Shown one piece after another: positions 34,212 to 47,421 of a DNA stretch of 64,000 nt. Numbering within the stretch: position 1 is the stretch's first letter; each line of letters opens with the position of its first letter. The DNA is taken from assembly GCA_017499595.2 (NCBI GenBank), contig CM039003.1:2480001-2544000 (forward strand). The letters run 5' to 3'. Position numbers and translations under genes: made by a program. The stretch is from Psilocybe cubensis (lineage: Eukaryota). Below the pieces are notes generated by a model. It had not been told where the DNA came from. It saw nothing but the letters and a program-made list of their open reading frames with translations, and made no database searches.

Positions 34212-37200
34212 ATGGACCCTCACAATTTATCCAATACAATTTCAGATCCCACCGACATCCCAGGTGCTCAGAGCACCGAACTACACCAGAATGGGGGCGT
34301 AACCAACCCCACCGCTACCGCATTGGAGGGTCTCCATCCCCAGACTTCGGCTGACTCAGAAGCTCAACAGTCATTCGCAAACGACGACGACGTGCAAATG
34401 GACTACGACGACTTGCCCCCACTTCAAGAAGTCTCAGACTCATCAGACTCCGAATCTGAATCAGAATCGGATAGAGATGCCAATGAGGTCGAAATGCAGG
34501 CAGTTGACCAGAATGATGAAGACGCATGGATCGACGTCGATACTCCACCCAATGCTCCTTCTTCATCATCCACACCCAGGCCCTCGCTATACTCCACCAC
34601 ATCACGCCCAACTGGTAACAGGCGTGCACGGGTAGAGGATGACCAGGACGAGGAGCGTGATCGAAGGCACCCCTCACAGCGAGTAAGCAGTAGCACCAGA
34701 AACAATTCTTCTGCAACCTTCTCCTCTTCCCAGACAGGTGCTAATTTACCGCAGGTCCAAACACCCGCAACTAACCCCACCATTCCTCATATCCACCGTC
34801 ACATCATCCGCGCCAGTTTCAATGTTGCCGGAAACCTCGACATAAACAATAATGCCAATGCCCTCCGTTTATTCCAACACTTAATCTCACCACCTGTTAA
34901 CACCAACAATAATGCTACCTCGAATCAGAATAATAACAATAATCCTCCTAATACCGAGAACCCTGAGGGCGGGGTAGCGCCACCACCGCCGCAGCAACCA
35001 GAGCTTCCGCAGCAACCAGGAAACAATGGGCCACCTATCGAAGGAATGGCACTTTCCTTTGAGATTGGTCCAGGATTTACTTTTCCCATCGGTGTTGATC
35101 CCCAAGCAAATCCGCCAACAGCAAATCCAGGAGCGCACGATGCTCACACTCATCAACACCCCCCGCGCGCCGGTGGACCTTTGGCGGATATCCTTGGTCT
35201 TCTAGGTCGATTGGGTGGTGGCCTTGATGGCGAAACTTTCATCAATTTCGGCAACATGGGCTTTGGCCTAGGCATGCATCAAGAGAAGGATGATCCTGAG
35301 AGAGCGAAGAGGCTTGTTGATGGTCTCGAGGTCGTGCCTGTTGGTCTGGTCCGCAGACTGGAACGTGTCGGTGGTGCGGGTAGTGCTTCGGGCGAAGAAC
35401 CTGCCAACGGCGGTGACGCAGGCTGTGCTATCTGCTGGGACAAACTGTTAGACGGAGACGGTGAAGGTTTCGGCAAGGAGAAGAAAGAGGGATCTGCCGA
35501 GGAAGGATCATCATCGTCAGCTTCGGAGACCGTTCAGCCCAAGATCGTTTCCCTCCCCTGTGCTCATGTTTTCCATGCCGATTGTCTCCTTCCATGGTTT
35601 GCTCGGCCCAGACATACCACTTGCCCGACTTGCAGATTCAATATTGATCCCGAAAATCTGACTCATGCGTCAATGCGCAGAAGGGAAAGGAGAGAGCGAG
35701 CTGCTGCGCGTCAGGCAGAAGAGGGCGAGAATGCAGTTGATGGGGAAGCCCCTCTCGAGCATGGACCAGAGAACATCGCCGATGAGTTGGAAGAAAATAT
35801 TCAGCCTATTCCGGCGTTCGTCGATATCTTGGGTCCTGGAACATTAGCGACGCCGGAGGAAGTGAGCGAGGAGCGACGTCAAATGATGGAATTCATTCGC
35901 CTCAGAAACAACGGTGTTGCTCATCCCCCCCAAACCTCTGGCCCATCTGGACGCACGCCAACAGTCCGAGCCCATTCTGCACCTCCAGAATCTGTTGCTA
36001 CCAATGCCCCTGCCGCCGATGCTGCAACTCATACTGCATCTGATGCAAGCACGTCCAATATTGCTCATCCCATTCCTTCTGTCCCTATAGCGGCCAGTAC
36101 TCTTCCTCGGACACCAACTGTTCTTCGAGCACCGCGAGCGAATATTGGAATTTTGCCTATTCCTGTCGTAATTCCTATCCAGATCCCAGCTCCAGCTAAC
36201 GCTGCAGCGGGCAATCCAACCGGTAATAGACGAATGTTTATTGTAAGACGACCTAGACGTACTGACCATGTCATCTCTTCAGCTGCACCCCATACTCCTC
36301 AGCAAAACACGTTCTTTGCCCAGCCGCGACAGGAAGGTGATTTTGGTAATTTCCTGTCTCACATGCTTGGGGACATTCGACAACCGGTACCTTTTAATTC
36401 CCTTTTCTCGGGCTTCACTCTTAATCTTCAACAGCCACCCACACCTCAATCCGCTCAAGCGACACCCCAACCTGCTACGTCCGGGAATGCCCCCACTGGA
36501 GGATCAATGGCAGGTAATTACTTTAGATATCACCATTCGCCTGGTGTGATTGCTTACCGACCTCGAACACCCATTCCTCTATTGCGATCCCATTTTGCAG
36601 GTCCTCAACTTGCTGGTACTCCAGGGACGACAGCACAGTCTCAAACCCCACAACCTAATGCAACCAACTCGGCTCCAGGAAACCAGGCCATGCCCCAGGC
36701 CGCTAATGGAATCCCTCCCAATATGCCGAGAAATGTGATGGAAATACGGGTTGACATGATCTTCGGTCCTGGTGGGGCTTTCTCCGTCCCCGTTGGCAAC
36801 CAACCAGGTGGAGCTGTACAAGTAGGAGGCCAGGTCCCTAATCAAGACGGTCACAATGCCCATGCACCGCCGAACGGAAATACCAATGATGCACTGCGTC
36901 GCGAAATAGAGGCACGTCTTTTCGATCTCATGGCGAACAGAAGGCCTGGTGCCGGTCAGCGAGTACCAGGACAACAACAAGAGGGTCAACCCATTGCCAC
37001 GCCACCTACCCCCCAACAGCCCGGTCAACAGCAGCAAGCACAACCAATTCCTTTCGGTGATGCGAACCCTCCTGGTGCCAATCCGGGAATGAACATGCAC
37101 TTTACTGGAGCTGGTCGGTCGATATCTGAGGCATTCTCTCAGATGCTCAATGGTTTGAGAACTCAACAACCTCGGGGCGCTCCTGCTGCACAGCCTCAGC

Positions 37201-37745
37201 CAGAGGATGGTCAACAGCAGGCCCAACCGAATGCAGATGCCGCTCCTCAGGCTGAGCCGCAGCAACAGGCTCCTCCTCTTCTGCATAGATTGGGTCCTAT
37301 GGGTATGGCACAAGACTTCACTGACTTATTTGGTGGTGGATTCCCGGAACATCGTGCTCCTCGTCCTAGAAAGGATTGGACACTCCCCCCTGCACCTGGA
37401 CCTACGCTTCGACAACGAATTGAGCGTCGCGAGCGAGAGGCTGGGTTGAGGTGCCATGATGTTAGCTGCGGTATCGGACCATCTGACGAAGACCCCTATG
37501 GTACCGAAATTGCAGGAGCTGCAGCTGGTATGAAGCAGCTCTCTATCATGTCGAAGGAGGATAAGAGCGAACTCTGCTCGCATACTTTCCATGGCCCTTG
37601 TCTTGTTACGGCAGAGAGGGTTGCACTACGAGGTGCGGATGCCATCATCGAAGATGGTAATGTGGAAGTCTCATGTCCCGTATGCCGGGGCACTGGATGC
37701 GTCTCGAAGGCGGACTGGGACGAAGGTGTTGTAGCGCTGCTGTAA
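34212..37745 (+). CDS. Double RING-finger protein (probable E3 ubiquitin ligase) with long Pro/Gln/Asn-rich linkers
   Basis: RING-H2 CAIC...LPCAHVFHADCLLPWF...CPTCR and C-terminal RING-like CHDVSC...CSHTFHGPC...CPVCR. Probable in-frame introns at 36223-36282 and 36514-36600. Confidence 0.88.
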   Translation: MDPHNLSNTISDPTDIPGAQSTELHQNGGVTNPTATALEGLHPQTSADSEAQQSFANDDDVQMDYDDLPPLQEVSDSSDSESESESDRDANEVEMQAVDQNDEDAWIDVDTPPNAPSSSSTPRPSLYSTTSRPTGNRRARVEDDQDEERDRRHPSQRVSSSTRNNSSATFSSSQTGANLPQVQTPATNPTIPHIHRHIIRASFNVAGNLDINNNANALRLFQHLISPPVNTNNNATSNQNNNNNPPNTENPEGGVAPPPPQQPELPQQPGNNGPPIEGMALSFEIGPGFTFPIGVDPQANPPTANPGAHDAHTHQHPPRAGGPLADILGLLGRLGGGLDGETFINFGNMGFGLGMHQEKDDPERAKRLVDGLEVVPVGLVRRLERVGGAGSASGEEPANGGDAGCAICWDKLLDGDGEGFGKEKKEGSAEEGSSSSASETVQPKIVSLPCAHVFHADCLLPWFARPRHTTCPTCRFNIDPENLTHASMRRRERRERAAARQAEEGENAVDGEAPLEHGPENIADELEENIQPIPAFVDILGPGTLATPEEVSEERRQMMEFIRLRNNGVAHPPQTSGPSGRTPTVRAHSAPPESVATNAPAADAATHTASDASTSNIAHPIPSVPIAASTLPRTPTVLRAPRANIGILPIPVVIPIQIPAPANAAAGNPTGNRRMFIVRRPRRTDHVISSAAPHTPQQNTFFAQPRQEGDFGNFLSHMLGDIRQPVPFNSLFSGFTLNLQQPPTPQSAQATPQPATSGNAPTGGSMAGNYFRYHHSPGVIAYRPRTPIPLLRSHFAGPQLAGTPGTTAQSQTPQPNATNSAPGNQAMPQAANGIPPNMPRNVMEIRVDMIFGPGGAFSVPVGNQPGGAVQVGGQVPNQDGHNAHAPPNGNTNDALRREIEARLFDLMANRRPGAGQRVPGQQQEGQPIATPPTPQQPGQQQQAQPIPFGDANPPGANPGMNMHFTGAGRSISEAFSQMLNGLRTQQPRGAPAAQPQPEDGQQQAQPNADAAPQAEPQQQAPPLLHRLGPMGMAQDFTDLFGGGFPEHRAPRPRKDWTLPPAPGPTLRQRIERREREAGLRCHDVSCGIGPSDEDPYGTEIAGAAAGMKQLSIMSKEDKSELCSHTFHGPCLVTAERVALRGADAIIEDGNVEVSCPVCRGTGCVSKADWDEGVVALL

Positions 37746-40706
37746 GCGCAACACCTCTTCTGATCGTTCCTGTGTATTCGTGTCGCCTTTTTCTTTTCCG
37801 TCGTCTTTTCTTTCTTTTCTCTATTGCATCGCCATTTCTCTCTCTCTCTCTCCACATCATGTCTACATTCGCATACTCTCTTCTCGGCTCATTCCATCGC
37901 ACATTGAACACTTCATTACCATCCTATTTCTTTCACCGACATTTGCATGATCATACTATCTGTATTTTCCAGTATTTTGTGAGTAGACGTCTCTGCATGT
38001 CAGTCTCAGACTCATGCTGACATACTCAATATCTTCAATCCTAGAGACCAAAAAACACTGCGATATACGCACACATTTCCATCTTATCACCATCATGCAT
38101 CTAATAATAATGATAGTAGACACCCTAGTAGAGATAGATGGATGACATTGTCTGTCTTATTTTTGCTCGCTCGTTTGCATCATTTGTTTTGCTTTCTCCT
38201 CTAGAATGACGTCTGTGATCATCGCACTATCATGTAGTTGTACTCTTTGTATCCATCGTTTCTTAATTTTTGCCCTGACTTTTCTTCATTACGACCTTTG
38301 AAGGCGACCGGAAACCTTATCTAAACTTGGTCCATGGATACATTCTCTTAGTTATGTAGTTTCAATTCCATGAACTAATTAAATTAAAACCATGCCTGTT
38401 ACACGTAAGATACGCTACATCTGCAACGCAGCATTCTAAACCCTCCCTAAAACCTTCTGCTTGCAGGGCAAAGTGTGTGAAAATGAAGGGGCGCAATCAA
38501 ACGGATCAATTTTAGACGCGTCTTTTGCATCACGTGATATTGTTTATTATAAACTCTTACCCAATTTGGAGTACCCTTGGTCTTTCCGTCAGGGCTCATA
38601 CACTTGTGGCACAGTGCGCTGCACTGCAGTCAGAATGACTCATTATCGATTTATCTCCCGCAGGCTACTGACGGATCTCCAAAGCTGACCTGTACGGTCA
38701 CTTTCCTTCTTTCTTACCCTCCACAACACACTCTTTCATTTTATACACTCTCCTCAATACTTTACTCGTTCTTCTCATCTTGACGCCCACAACTTCGGAT
38801 ACTTCCCGATGTCCTCAGTGATGTCGTGGTGGTACACCCGTCTTTGCCGTAAATCGGCTAGACAATGTCGCTGTTTTTCTGGTTTGTTATACCCATCGAA
38901 TGCTGTCGCTTCCGCCTCATAGGACAGGGATTACTGTCATTTCTGTGTTATTTGTGCCCCATCCGTCAATCAAGCGAGGAGCCTACTATGTCGGGACGCC
39001 AACAAAAGCCACATTATGATATCTGGAATCTGGGAAAGATATCCTTCGTAGGGCTTAGGTGGGCCATTCTGCACGCTGTCTTGGCTAATATCGGGCATAG
39101 CATCTTTTTTTTCCTTGTGCTCCTAAAGCGCAAAGTATCTCCCACATTACAGGTTTCCGTAACGCTCGCTGTGGCGCCTCGGTCGCTGGCACCTGCACCG
39201 AAATGATGTACTCTGCGCCCTGCAAAGGCTTCCCTAATAGAACCGCGTCGCCAGGCTATTCCGACGCAGGGTCTGGCAGGCCACGACTCCAACGCGAGGC
39301 GTGTTTGATCGGAAAACAGTCCACAAACTTATCGCTTTCCCAATCTGCCAGGACCTCTGGATGATTTTTCATACTCTTCCCGATTTGTACTTGATATCTC
39401 GTGGCTATGATGTCTATTTTTCGCGCAAAGGCACACGTCGCCTAGGCTCATGATAGAACGATACTACGCCTGCCTGGAAAAACGGCTGTTGATGATACGC
39501 GCACCCCGAACACCTTATCTCTTCCAAATTTTCTCGAAGGCGTCATCCCATTGGTGTACGACATCGGCGGCACACGGTATGACGACTACCGGAGAAAACG
39601 ACTACGCACGTATTCCGGTCAAGGAGGCACAGCATCGCAATGGCCAAGACGTTCCGTTCTCCCACTCATCGTCTGCCAAAACGTGTGTACGCGTATAGAA
39701 CTGCCGAAACGGGCTATTTTTTTCTCTGGTCGGGGGCAATACGACTCGCATCCGCACAACTACGCCCGTATTTTTGGTCGGAACGTGGCCCAATGTCGAC
39801 AACTCTACATTACTCATCCCTGACAATCCATTTCGCCTGCCCTGTCGTGGCCGCTCCTACCTTCTGTTTTTTAATGGCATATCAGCAATGACCGAGATTC
39901 TGCCGCTCCTAGATCGTTTTGGGTCTTTTACGCTATGCTGGTTCCTTCACGGACCGATAGTTGGAGCCCCTTTGACCGATAGACCCAGTGCTATTGCCTC
40001 TTTCCCCACGAGAACCTTCTAGGTTGTTCCCAACTCAAGAACAAACCAATTGCTAAGCCCTTCTATTTTCATCTACGGGGATCCTGGACTGTGTACACTG
40101 ACAGAAAGTTTTGGGTGTTCTCTCGCCTTCCAGCGGATTCCCTGAATAGACCTGCCCAGCAAGTCTATCATCGCGATTCTTCTACGTCAGTCACACGTTC
40201 GTCAATCGTCATCTTAACAGATATCTTAACGATAATTTTTGTCTGGAGATATTTTCTAATCTGATTTAAAAATTAACATATAGGTTAATTATGCGTAACG
40301 ATTTCGTAACGACAGAGGGACTGGAAGACTACACTATAGCTCAAGCCATGGGCGAGCAATACGGAGGCTAAGCTCCTAAGTAAAATGCGGTGGAAAATAG
40401 AAGTGGAGACGAATGCGTGGGGATGTTACAAGATGTGCAGAGTGGTATACGAATAAAGTCCATCAAGGTGAGCAGACGATAAATCTAAGGAATGTGGGTG
40501 TCGTTAAAAAGCTCACAAAGCATATGAATAACAGTAAATCATGAATAAACAATCGTGAAAATGGGCGTCGCGCGGCGTTAAAAACAAGGATTGATGGTGA
40601 AAATTGGAAATGAACAAACGACCAAAGGAATAGGAACATAGCGGGCACGAAGGATGGGGAATGCTTGGATGTTGCAAAGAGTACCGAGGATGCAAGGACA
40701 GTCGAA

Positions 40707-43244
40707 TCAACGGCCGTCGTCGAACAGGATTTCGAAGGTGTTGGGTTTGTTGGGAATGGGAACAAGGCCTTTGAAGACCCTGCGGCCCTTCAGCAAATCA
40801 ATCCGCAAGAATCCCTTTCGTTCCTCGGCATGCGCAAACTCAGGTATATCCATACACCTTTGCTTGAACGCGGGGAAGCATTCTTTAATGACGTCCTCTC
40901 CTAGACTTTCGTACTCCTGGCGCGTCAACGGCTGAGAGAAGGTGTCGTAGATTGCTCGGAAGACGTCAATCACCCGGATATGGTACTTGAAATGCATGTC
41001 AATCTTCCAGTTGCTCAAAGTCCTGTTGACAAGACTGATTTTGTATACTGCAGCATCGTATGAGATCTCCATGGTCTCCTCTTCACGAGTCATAGGCGAC
41101 ATATATAGTCCCCTGTCTACTCTGGGAGCATACTTTGGAATGCGAGGGTTGAAACCGGCATCGAAGTAGATTCTGGGTGTAGCGGGTGTTCTCCACATTC
41201 GAATGGAATAGTCGACTAGCGGCCATTCCAATTGCGGGTGTGTTGGTGTACCCTTTCCAAACTTCTCGACCCGGTCCCAGACTAGCGCGTTTGTCAGATG
41301 ATCGTCTGAAGATGTTGGCAAAATACAGTACTTACAGTCCTTCTTATCCTGCCTAGCCTGCTGCTCCACTCGCTCCCTGATGTATGCGGGAAGATAGTTC
41401 CTACTATTGAAGATCGCCGGTTCGGATGATTGACTCGCTCGCCGCCTGCGGTGATAATCATGCCCCACTGGTTACATTGTATATGGTGAGTACATGGTCT
41501 TGCCTTATAGTTGAAAAACTCACTTTCTGTCGGGGAAGGGGTTGTGCTATTACTTGACGGGAAAGCATTTGGGCCTTGTAGAGGAAATCACGAATTAACA
41601 AATGAAAATTTCAAGCTGAAAATCGCCGATGTAACTTACCATAGACTGCAGGATGGTCGACCACCACTGGTGGTGGCACTCGGGATGTTGATGAGCGTCG
41701 AGCTCTCTCCTCATCTGATTTAAGTTGAGTAAATCGTTCACTTTAGGAGAGTATACCGCTTACCTTGACGTTTCTCATGCTGCACTTCCAGCCAAGCTTT
41801 TGAAGGTGTGACTAAGTTAATATAGGTTGGAAATTTACGACCTAAATGTCGAACGGAAAAAGGGAAGCTCACTGCGGTACTTCAATCGATCTGTTGGCCT
41901 CATTAAAAATGTGCATATATGCGGTGCATACAAGGCAGTACGTACCGTCCTTGCGTCGAGAATACTCGTCTTCTGAATAGTACGATTTTCCAGTATCTGG
42001 GATGATGGACGATCAGCTCGGTGATAATAAAATGATAAATGGGCGCTAATCACCGTAGCTGCTCTCCTTCTTCATCGCAGACTTGATCGGGGCAGTGGTG
42101 GGCTTAATTGGGGGAGTGGTAGCTGTCGATTTTTTTAAAGCGGATTTCAGAGGTCCTAACGATCTTGATGGTAAGCCTAAAGAACAGCTTATCGCGTTAT
42201 CAGCAACTCACCCTTTCCATTATTTTCCGGGAACGGTATTACTGGGGTTGCTGCACAGATCAGGTAAGTATCAGATCGTGAACTTGTAATCAGATAAGAA
42301 AACAGACTTGACACAGGAACGCCCTTCCAATTCTCAAAATCGACGGGCACCTTGCTCCTCTTCGATGATTCTGCCGAAGATCAACCACGTCGGTGACTTG
42401 TTGTTTATGGACTCGATCGAAGGGCTTACCATTCTTTAACGCCGGTGTTGATGAGTTTTTCTGGTTTTTTGGGTCAGGATAGGTCTTAAGCAAATCTATT
42501 CGGGCGATCGCTTTCAGAATTATGAACGATGACGACGAGAAACGCTTGACGTACCTCGATTGACGACGTCACCATTCCTCTTTGCAATCTCCTTCAGTCG
42601 CTTCTCCTCTGGATAGTCGACATCAGCGTTGACTAGATATGCTTAAATTAGCGGTGCGAAAAATAAATTTGATCTAGAGTACGCACGGAGCTGACGTGTA
42701 TTGTGTGCGACGGCGGGGGTAGGAGGAAGGTTTCGAATCTGCGCCTCAAGATACTGGGCTGAAGGAACTGATATTGTATGAGTTTCAATTCGTGCGACAA
42801 GGGGGGGGCTTGAGGCCGCACCTGAGATCGGCTTCCGTGTAGGATCGATGACATCTCTGTCGCGATGGTCCAGTATGGGGAGGTAGGCTCCCTGGGAAGG
42901 GTGTGGTCGAATGGGCCGTGGTGCTTAGAGAGAGGTAAGATATAATCAACAATGTATGCGGACCACGATTCACCTTCGACATGTCCAGACGATGATACTC
43001 GCGCCCTGCTAGTGTCTACAGGTGTGCGCCGTGATCTCGAAACCGAGACGTCCGGTCGTCTGTCAGGTGAGAAATGTCGAAACAGAAGGTTGCTGATTGG
43101 CTTTTCTGTTGATTCTTGAAAATCGATGGGTGTATATCGTCCGTCGGGAAGAGAGACGCTGGTTAACTTGGGCGTCTTGGGCTCGTATCGGGACGACGCT
43201 ATGGAAGTTTTGCTGTCGCGCTTGGATTTACCCCACTTGAACAT
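40707..43244 (-). CDS. Multi-exon protein with disordered N-terminus and a C-terminal DUF6699-like domain
   Basis: Last exon (41467-40707) carries IRVIDVFRAIY...PLT..EY...AF..RC...E...G..RIDLL....VFKGL. A chain of small GT-AG exons is traceable upstream towards MFKWGKSK (ATG at 43244); the 5' exon structure is less certain. Confidence 0.7.
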
Positions 43245-46200
43245 TTTGTGAAGGAACGAGAAAAGAGAAAAGCAATTCGCCAGGATAAGGATGGATGTTA
43301 AAAAGGCCTCTGAGGGGACACGAGGTCGGAGGGATCTGACTGCTGTTATAGAGGGGTTCCAAGATGAGTGTCCAGCCTTCAGGGATAGAGGCGTCAAAAG
43401 ATACCTGAATCTGAAAGGAAGCCAACAGTTAACGACGTCCTGGTCTTTAATGAGCAACCCTCGGGGGTCCGGTAGGAATGGCCCAACGGCCTTTATGTGC
43501 TTGCCAGAGTGCCGCACCTGCACGACACGAGGCGATGGTCGAGTGCTATCCAAAGATACCACTCGTTAGGGTCTACTTTTTGATAAAGGGCGTTCCCATC
43601 ACATGACTAAACTAGACTTCTTGTATTTTCTGACTTGACAACTGACTTGACATTCTCCTCCAGAATACAACAAATACATGCTAAGCTCCTTTTCTAGATC
43701 CAGGAGGTATCTAGCAAGATGTCTACTTTGACTATGCTCGGTGGACTACTGTTTTACAGGGTGATTTTTGCTTAATGTCAAACCACTCTTGGCGGATGGG
43801 AAAAAATCAGACATCGGGCTTCTTAACTCCACGCTAAGTGCTCTTCCGTCACTGTCATTTCCTTTATGCGTCCCAGACGTCTCTAGCTGATGCGCACCCG
43901 ATAGACATCCCATGAACTTCGTCCGAAGCATCCCAAAACGAACGTTTTCTGTTCGTCGATTTTCGCGTATTGCCATGGCTATCCTTGAGCGCCAAATGTC
44001 GCTCACTGGCAGTGGGCCCCGGCTGCATGTGCCCCTGTGCGTTGGACTCGGACCCTTCTTTCCATCCAAATCAAGACATACGATTCCACGAAGGAAGGCT
44101 TACTGAGCAGCTTACACGTGTGGCTTATCGTCGCGTTTTCTCTCAGATCCCTCTCAAATCGAGGTATATCTGTTTCAACATCATGTTGTGTAACTATGTA
44201 CCTCTTTTCCTAATAAATATTTGTTGACCAACTTGGGCATGTAATTAAGTCACGGCTAATTTGTTTCTCGTTCATCTTATTCCTTTCAACCTAATGTCGG
44301 TGGTATGCTAATGAGGTGGCGCAGCTTGTGTTATGATCAGATTAGGACTTGAAATATCGAACGGCAGAGTTAAAACGCAGAAGGCAAGCCGCATGTCTTT
44401 CATGACTGATTAGCCTTTCAAGTATACGAAGGCAGGGATTGCGTTAAACTGGCTCCTGTTCACACATCAGCTACTGGGTTCCAGATATCACCCTAAACGT
44501 CTCTGAACTGTAATGATGACGAGAATGACTAAACATAGCGAAAAGCGAAAGGCGATACAACAATGCTGTTTACGCAATTTAAAAACGTGTTCTATATTAA
44601 GAGGAGACACATTTGTGTCCGATAGACCTCAGATAACGCGCACTAGTCGTAAAAGATCAAAACAACACTTGGGAATTGTGCTGATCCCATAGCATCGTGT
44701 ATTTCATGAATGTTTGTTTTCCCTCCACTAAGCCTTACAAAGAAGATACAGGAATAACAACGTGGAGTGAACCAACCTCGGGTCCTTTTATCAAGCCGTT
44801 TTCCGGCGTTTTCCTTCCTGGACGCAGTAAATGAGCGCTATGATAAGAGGGAGACATTCACGATCGGAGTTCAAATAGGCCTCGAGGACTTCGTCACTCC
44901 CCACGGCTATATTATGACCATGTTCTCCAGGGCCGCTCTTGATCAACTGGCGGGGTGAGGAGCACCATCCGGGGATTGACCTAGAAATACAGCCAAATCA
45001 CATCCATGTTAGCTGATGAGCGTACACGAGGCGTCCCTTTTGAGCGAGAAAAGTTCGACAGATTGTCCATGTTAAGCAACACATGATCGGCTAATTTAAC
45101 TACACCAACGAGAACGCAGCGATCTCAATCGATCGACCTGCTGTCTCTTTCCCCTCGTCTATGGAGCTGCGTCTTCCAGAGTAGTAAGAATATATGTCTA
45201 TACATATCATTTACATCTGTGTCTCTAGCGTGACGGCGTTGAACGGAGTGTACGTATTCCGCTGTGAGAAACCTCACCGCTACGTCCTCATCTATGCTTG
45301 GCCAAAGGAGTTACTTACGCTTCTACCCTTGCTGAAGTTTCTCGATGCTCAAATACTCCAATGAACAGACTCGGCCATTCGGACCGCCAATTGAAGTATG
45401 TATTAGCTATGAAGCGATTGAACTACCTTTCGACTTAGTGAAAGGGGTTTTATGAAAAGATGGCTGTCAAAACATATGAAGAAATTGAAGGGCAAGAAGG
45501 ATTGAGTCAATTCTCTCAGCTTAATCGAGTGCTCGGCTGAAAGATTTAGGAGATCGACGTAGCTGGGCGAGGTCACAGGTTTGGTATTGAGAACCAGAAC
45601 CCAAGGTGATCGAAGCTCCCAGAAATAACAGGCGCCACAGTCTGAATGCCGATGCCGGTTGAACTTAACCTTTGAGCGGAGACTGCTCTCTATACATGAA
45701 GAATGGGGAATGCGACGGAGTTATAAGTGCTGGCGCTGAGCTTCGGAATACATTTATTGCCACTTGGTCAAGTATACTCGGTTGTTAGTGAAGATTGGTT
45801 TCTTCTGCACCACAAGGCAAAGAAGAAATAATATACCCAAGGAGATTTGAGTATCTTATCTGCTCTCTATACGCATGAAGGTCCCATTTGCCAGTTTTTG
45901 TAAATACGTGATGTTTATGTACTGCATAAAATAGACCTGTCAGGAAACCTCAAAGGAAAATTCTTTCTGTAGAAGAAAAAATGGGAGCAATGTATGCGAT
46001 CCAACTGTATCTACTCAGCGAAATAATCCGCTCATATTGTATTTCGTGGATTCTGCGTTGTATATGAGTTATGGACGGCTCAATGTCTCGTTATGGACCG
46101 AGAGTTGCCATATACGGCTGCTATGCCCCTATCTCCCTCGGCAAGATGCCGTACAATGATGGGATTGTTCAAGTCTGGCCGCATGTACTTTCTCTGCCCG

Positions 46201-47421
46201 TGCCTCTTCATGCATTTCCGATATCTTCTTTGATGCAACCGTACTGATGACACTAAGTTTGTACCGAGATGATGCACCGCCTCTCCTATGAATCATGAAT
46301 GAATGATGCTCTAACAACGTACTCTCAGGCAATCCGAGGAGAACGAAGGGTCATACTCATCCCTTCTAGCCTTTTCTCGCGTAGACCCTTTTTCCTCAAA
46401 AATTATTTTTAGAGGCCGAGTATCTATACACGCAAATAGATACCAAGCAGAGAAATGTAACTTCTTACACTGCGCATAAGCATTAGAAATCGAACTGGCA
46501 AAAATAACCTACACGTTGGACCCCCGAAAACACGTCTTGACCCTTAACAGGCACTGTGAGTGATATCATGTCATCAACTGCGTTTCCATCTCCCACACAG
46601 TCTACATCCAATGCATTGTTCCAAGCAGATGGATTTTCTACATTAAAGTTCTTAAAGACAATACCTCTTGACGGACCGAAACTCTGGATAATCTTCCCAT
46701 GTCTCTCAAAGCAATTTCGGAATGACTTTGAGTCTGCAAATTAAAGTTCTGAGCCTCATGACATAACTATCTCATACTCTCCCTGAAACGTAGCCGTTAT
46801 CAGTATTGATCAGGTAGAGCAAAAGATTATCCACGCACAGAAAGCCTTAGAGAAGCATGCGAATCTTGTAGCTGCGCTGCCTTGTCGTAAGCCTGAGAGA
46901 ACTCAGTACTGCAGACTTACTTACCACGAACCATGCCGCGTCCTCAACGATTTCAACAAGGTACTGGATGCTTCGCACATGTTAAGGGACGCTTAGGACC
47001 CTTCGCGTTATCTCTGACTCCGTGTGTAGATCTTCACAGTTTCATTCCGACTTTCCAGGATGTCTTCTGGAAGAATGCAATTTGCATGTTGTTGACTCCG
47101 AGTCGGAGGATGTTCACCGCTCACCTTAGATGCTATTGCAATCGGTTTTCTACACATGAAACGGTGCCCGAGGCTCCAAAATTAGTCTTGGTAAAGCCAG
47201 AGTTCAGATATAACCAAGGATAAGAGTAGACTGGAACCACATTTTGGCCGATATGGTCCACGACGCGTGTGGGCTAAACAAAGTTCAGTTCGGTGTCACG
47301 CTAGGGCCAATGTTGTCCATAGTCACAGAAGTGTCACTCCTATCCGTGTTTGGCAAGTCTAGCGGGCTTTGAAAAAAAGTTTCCTCCTCATCGTCCTCAA
47401 CAACGACAAGGGTTATCAAAG

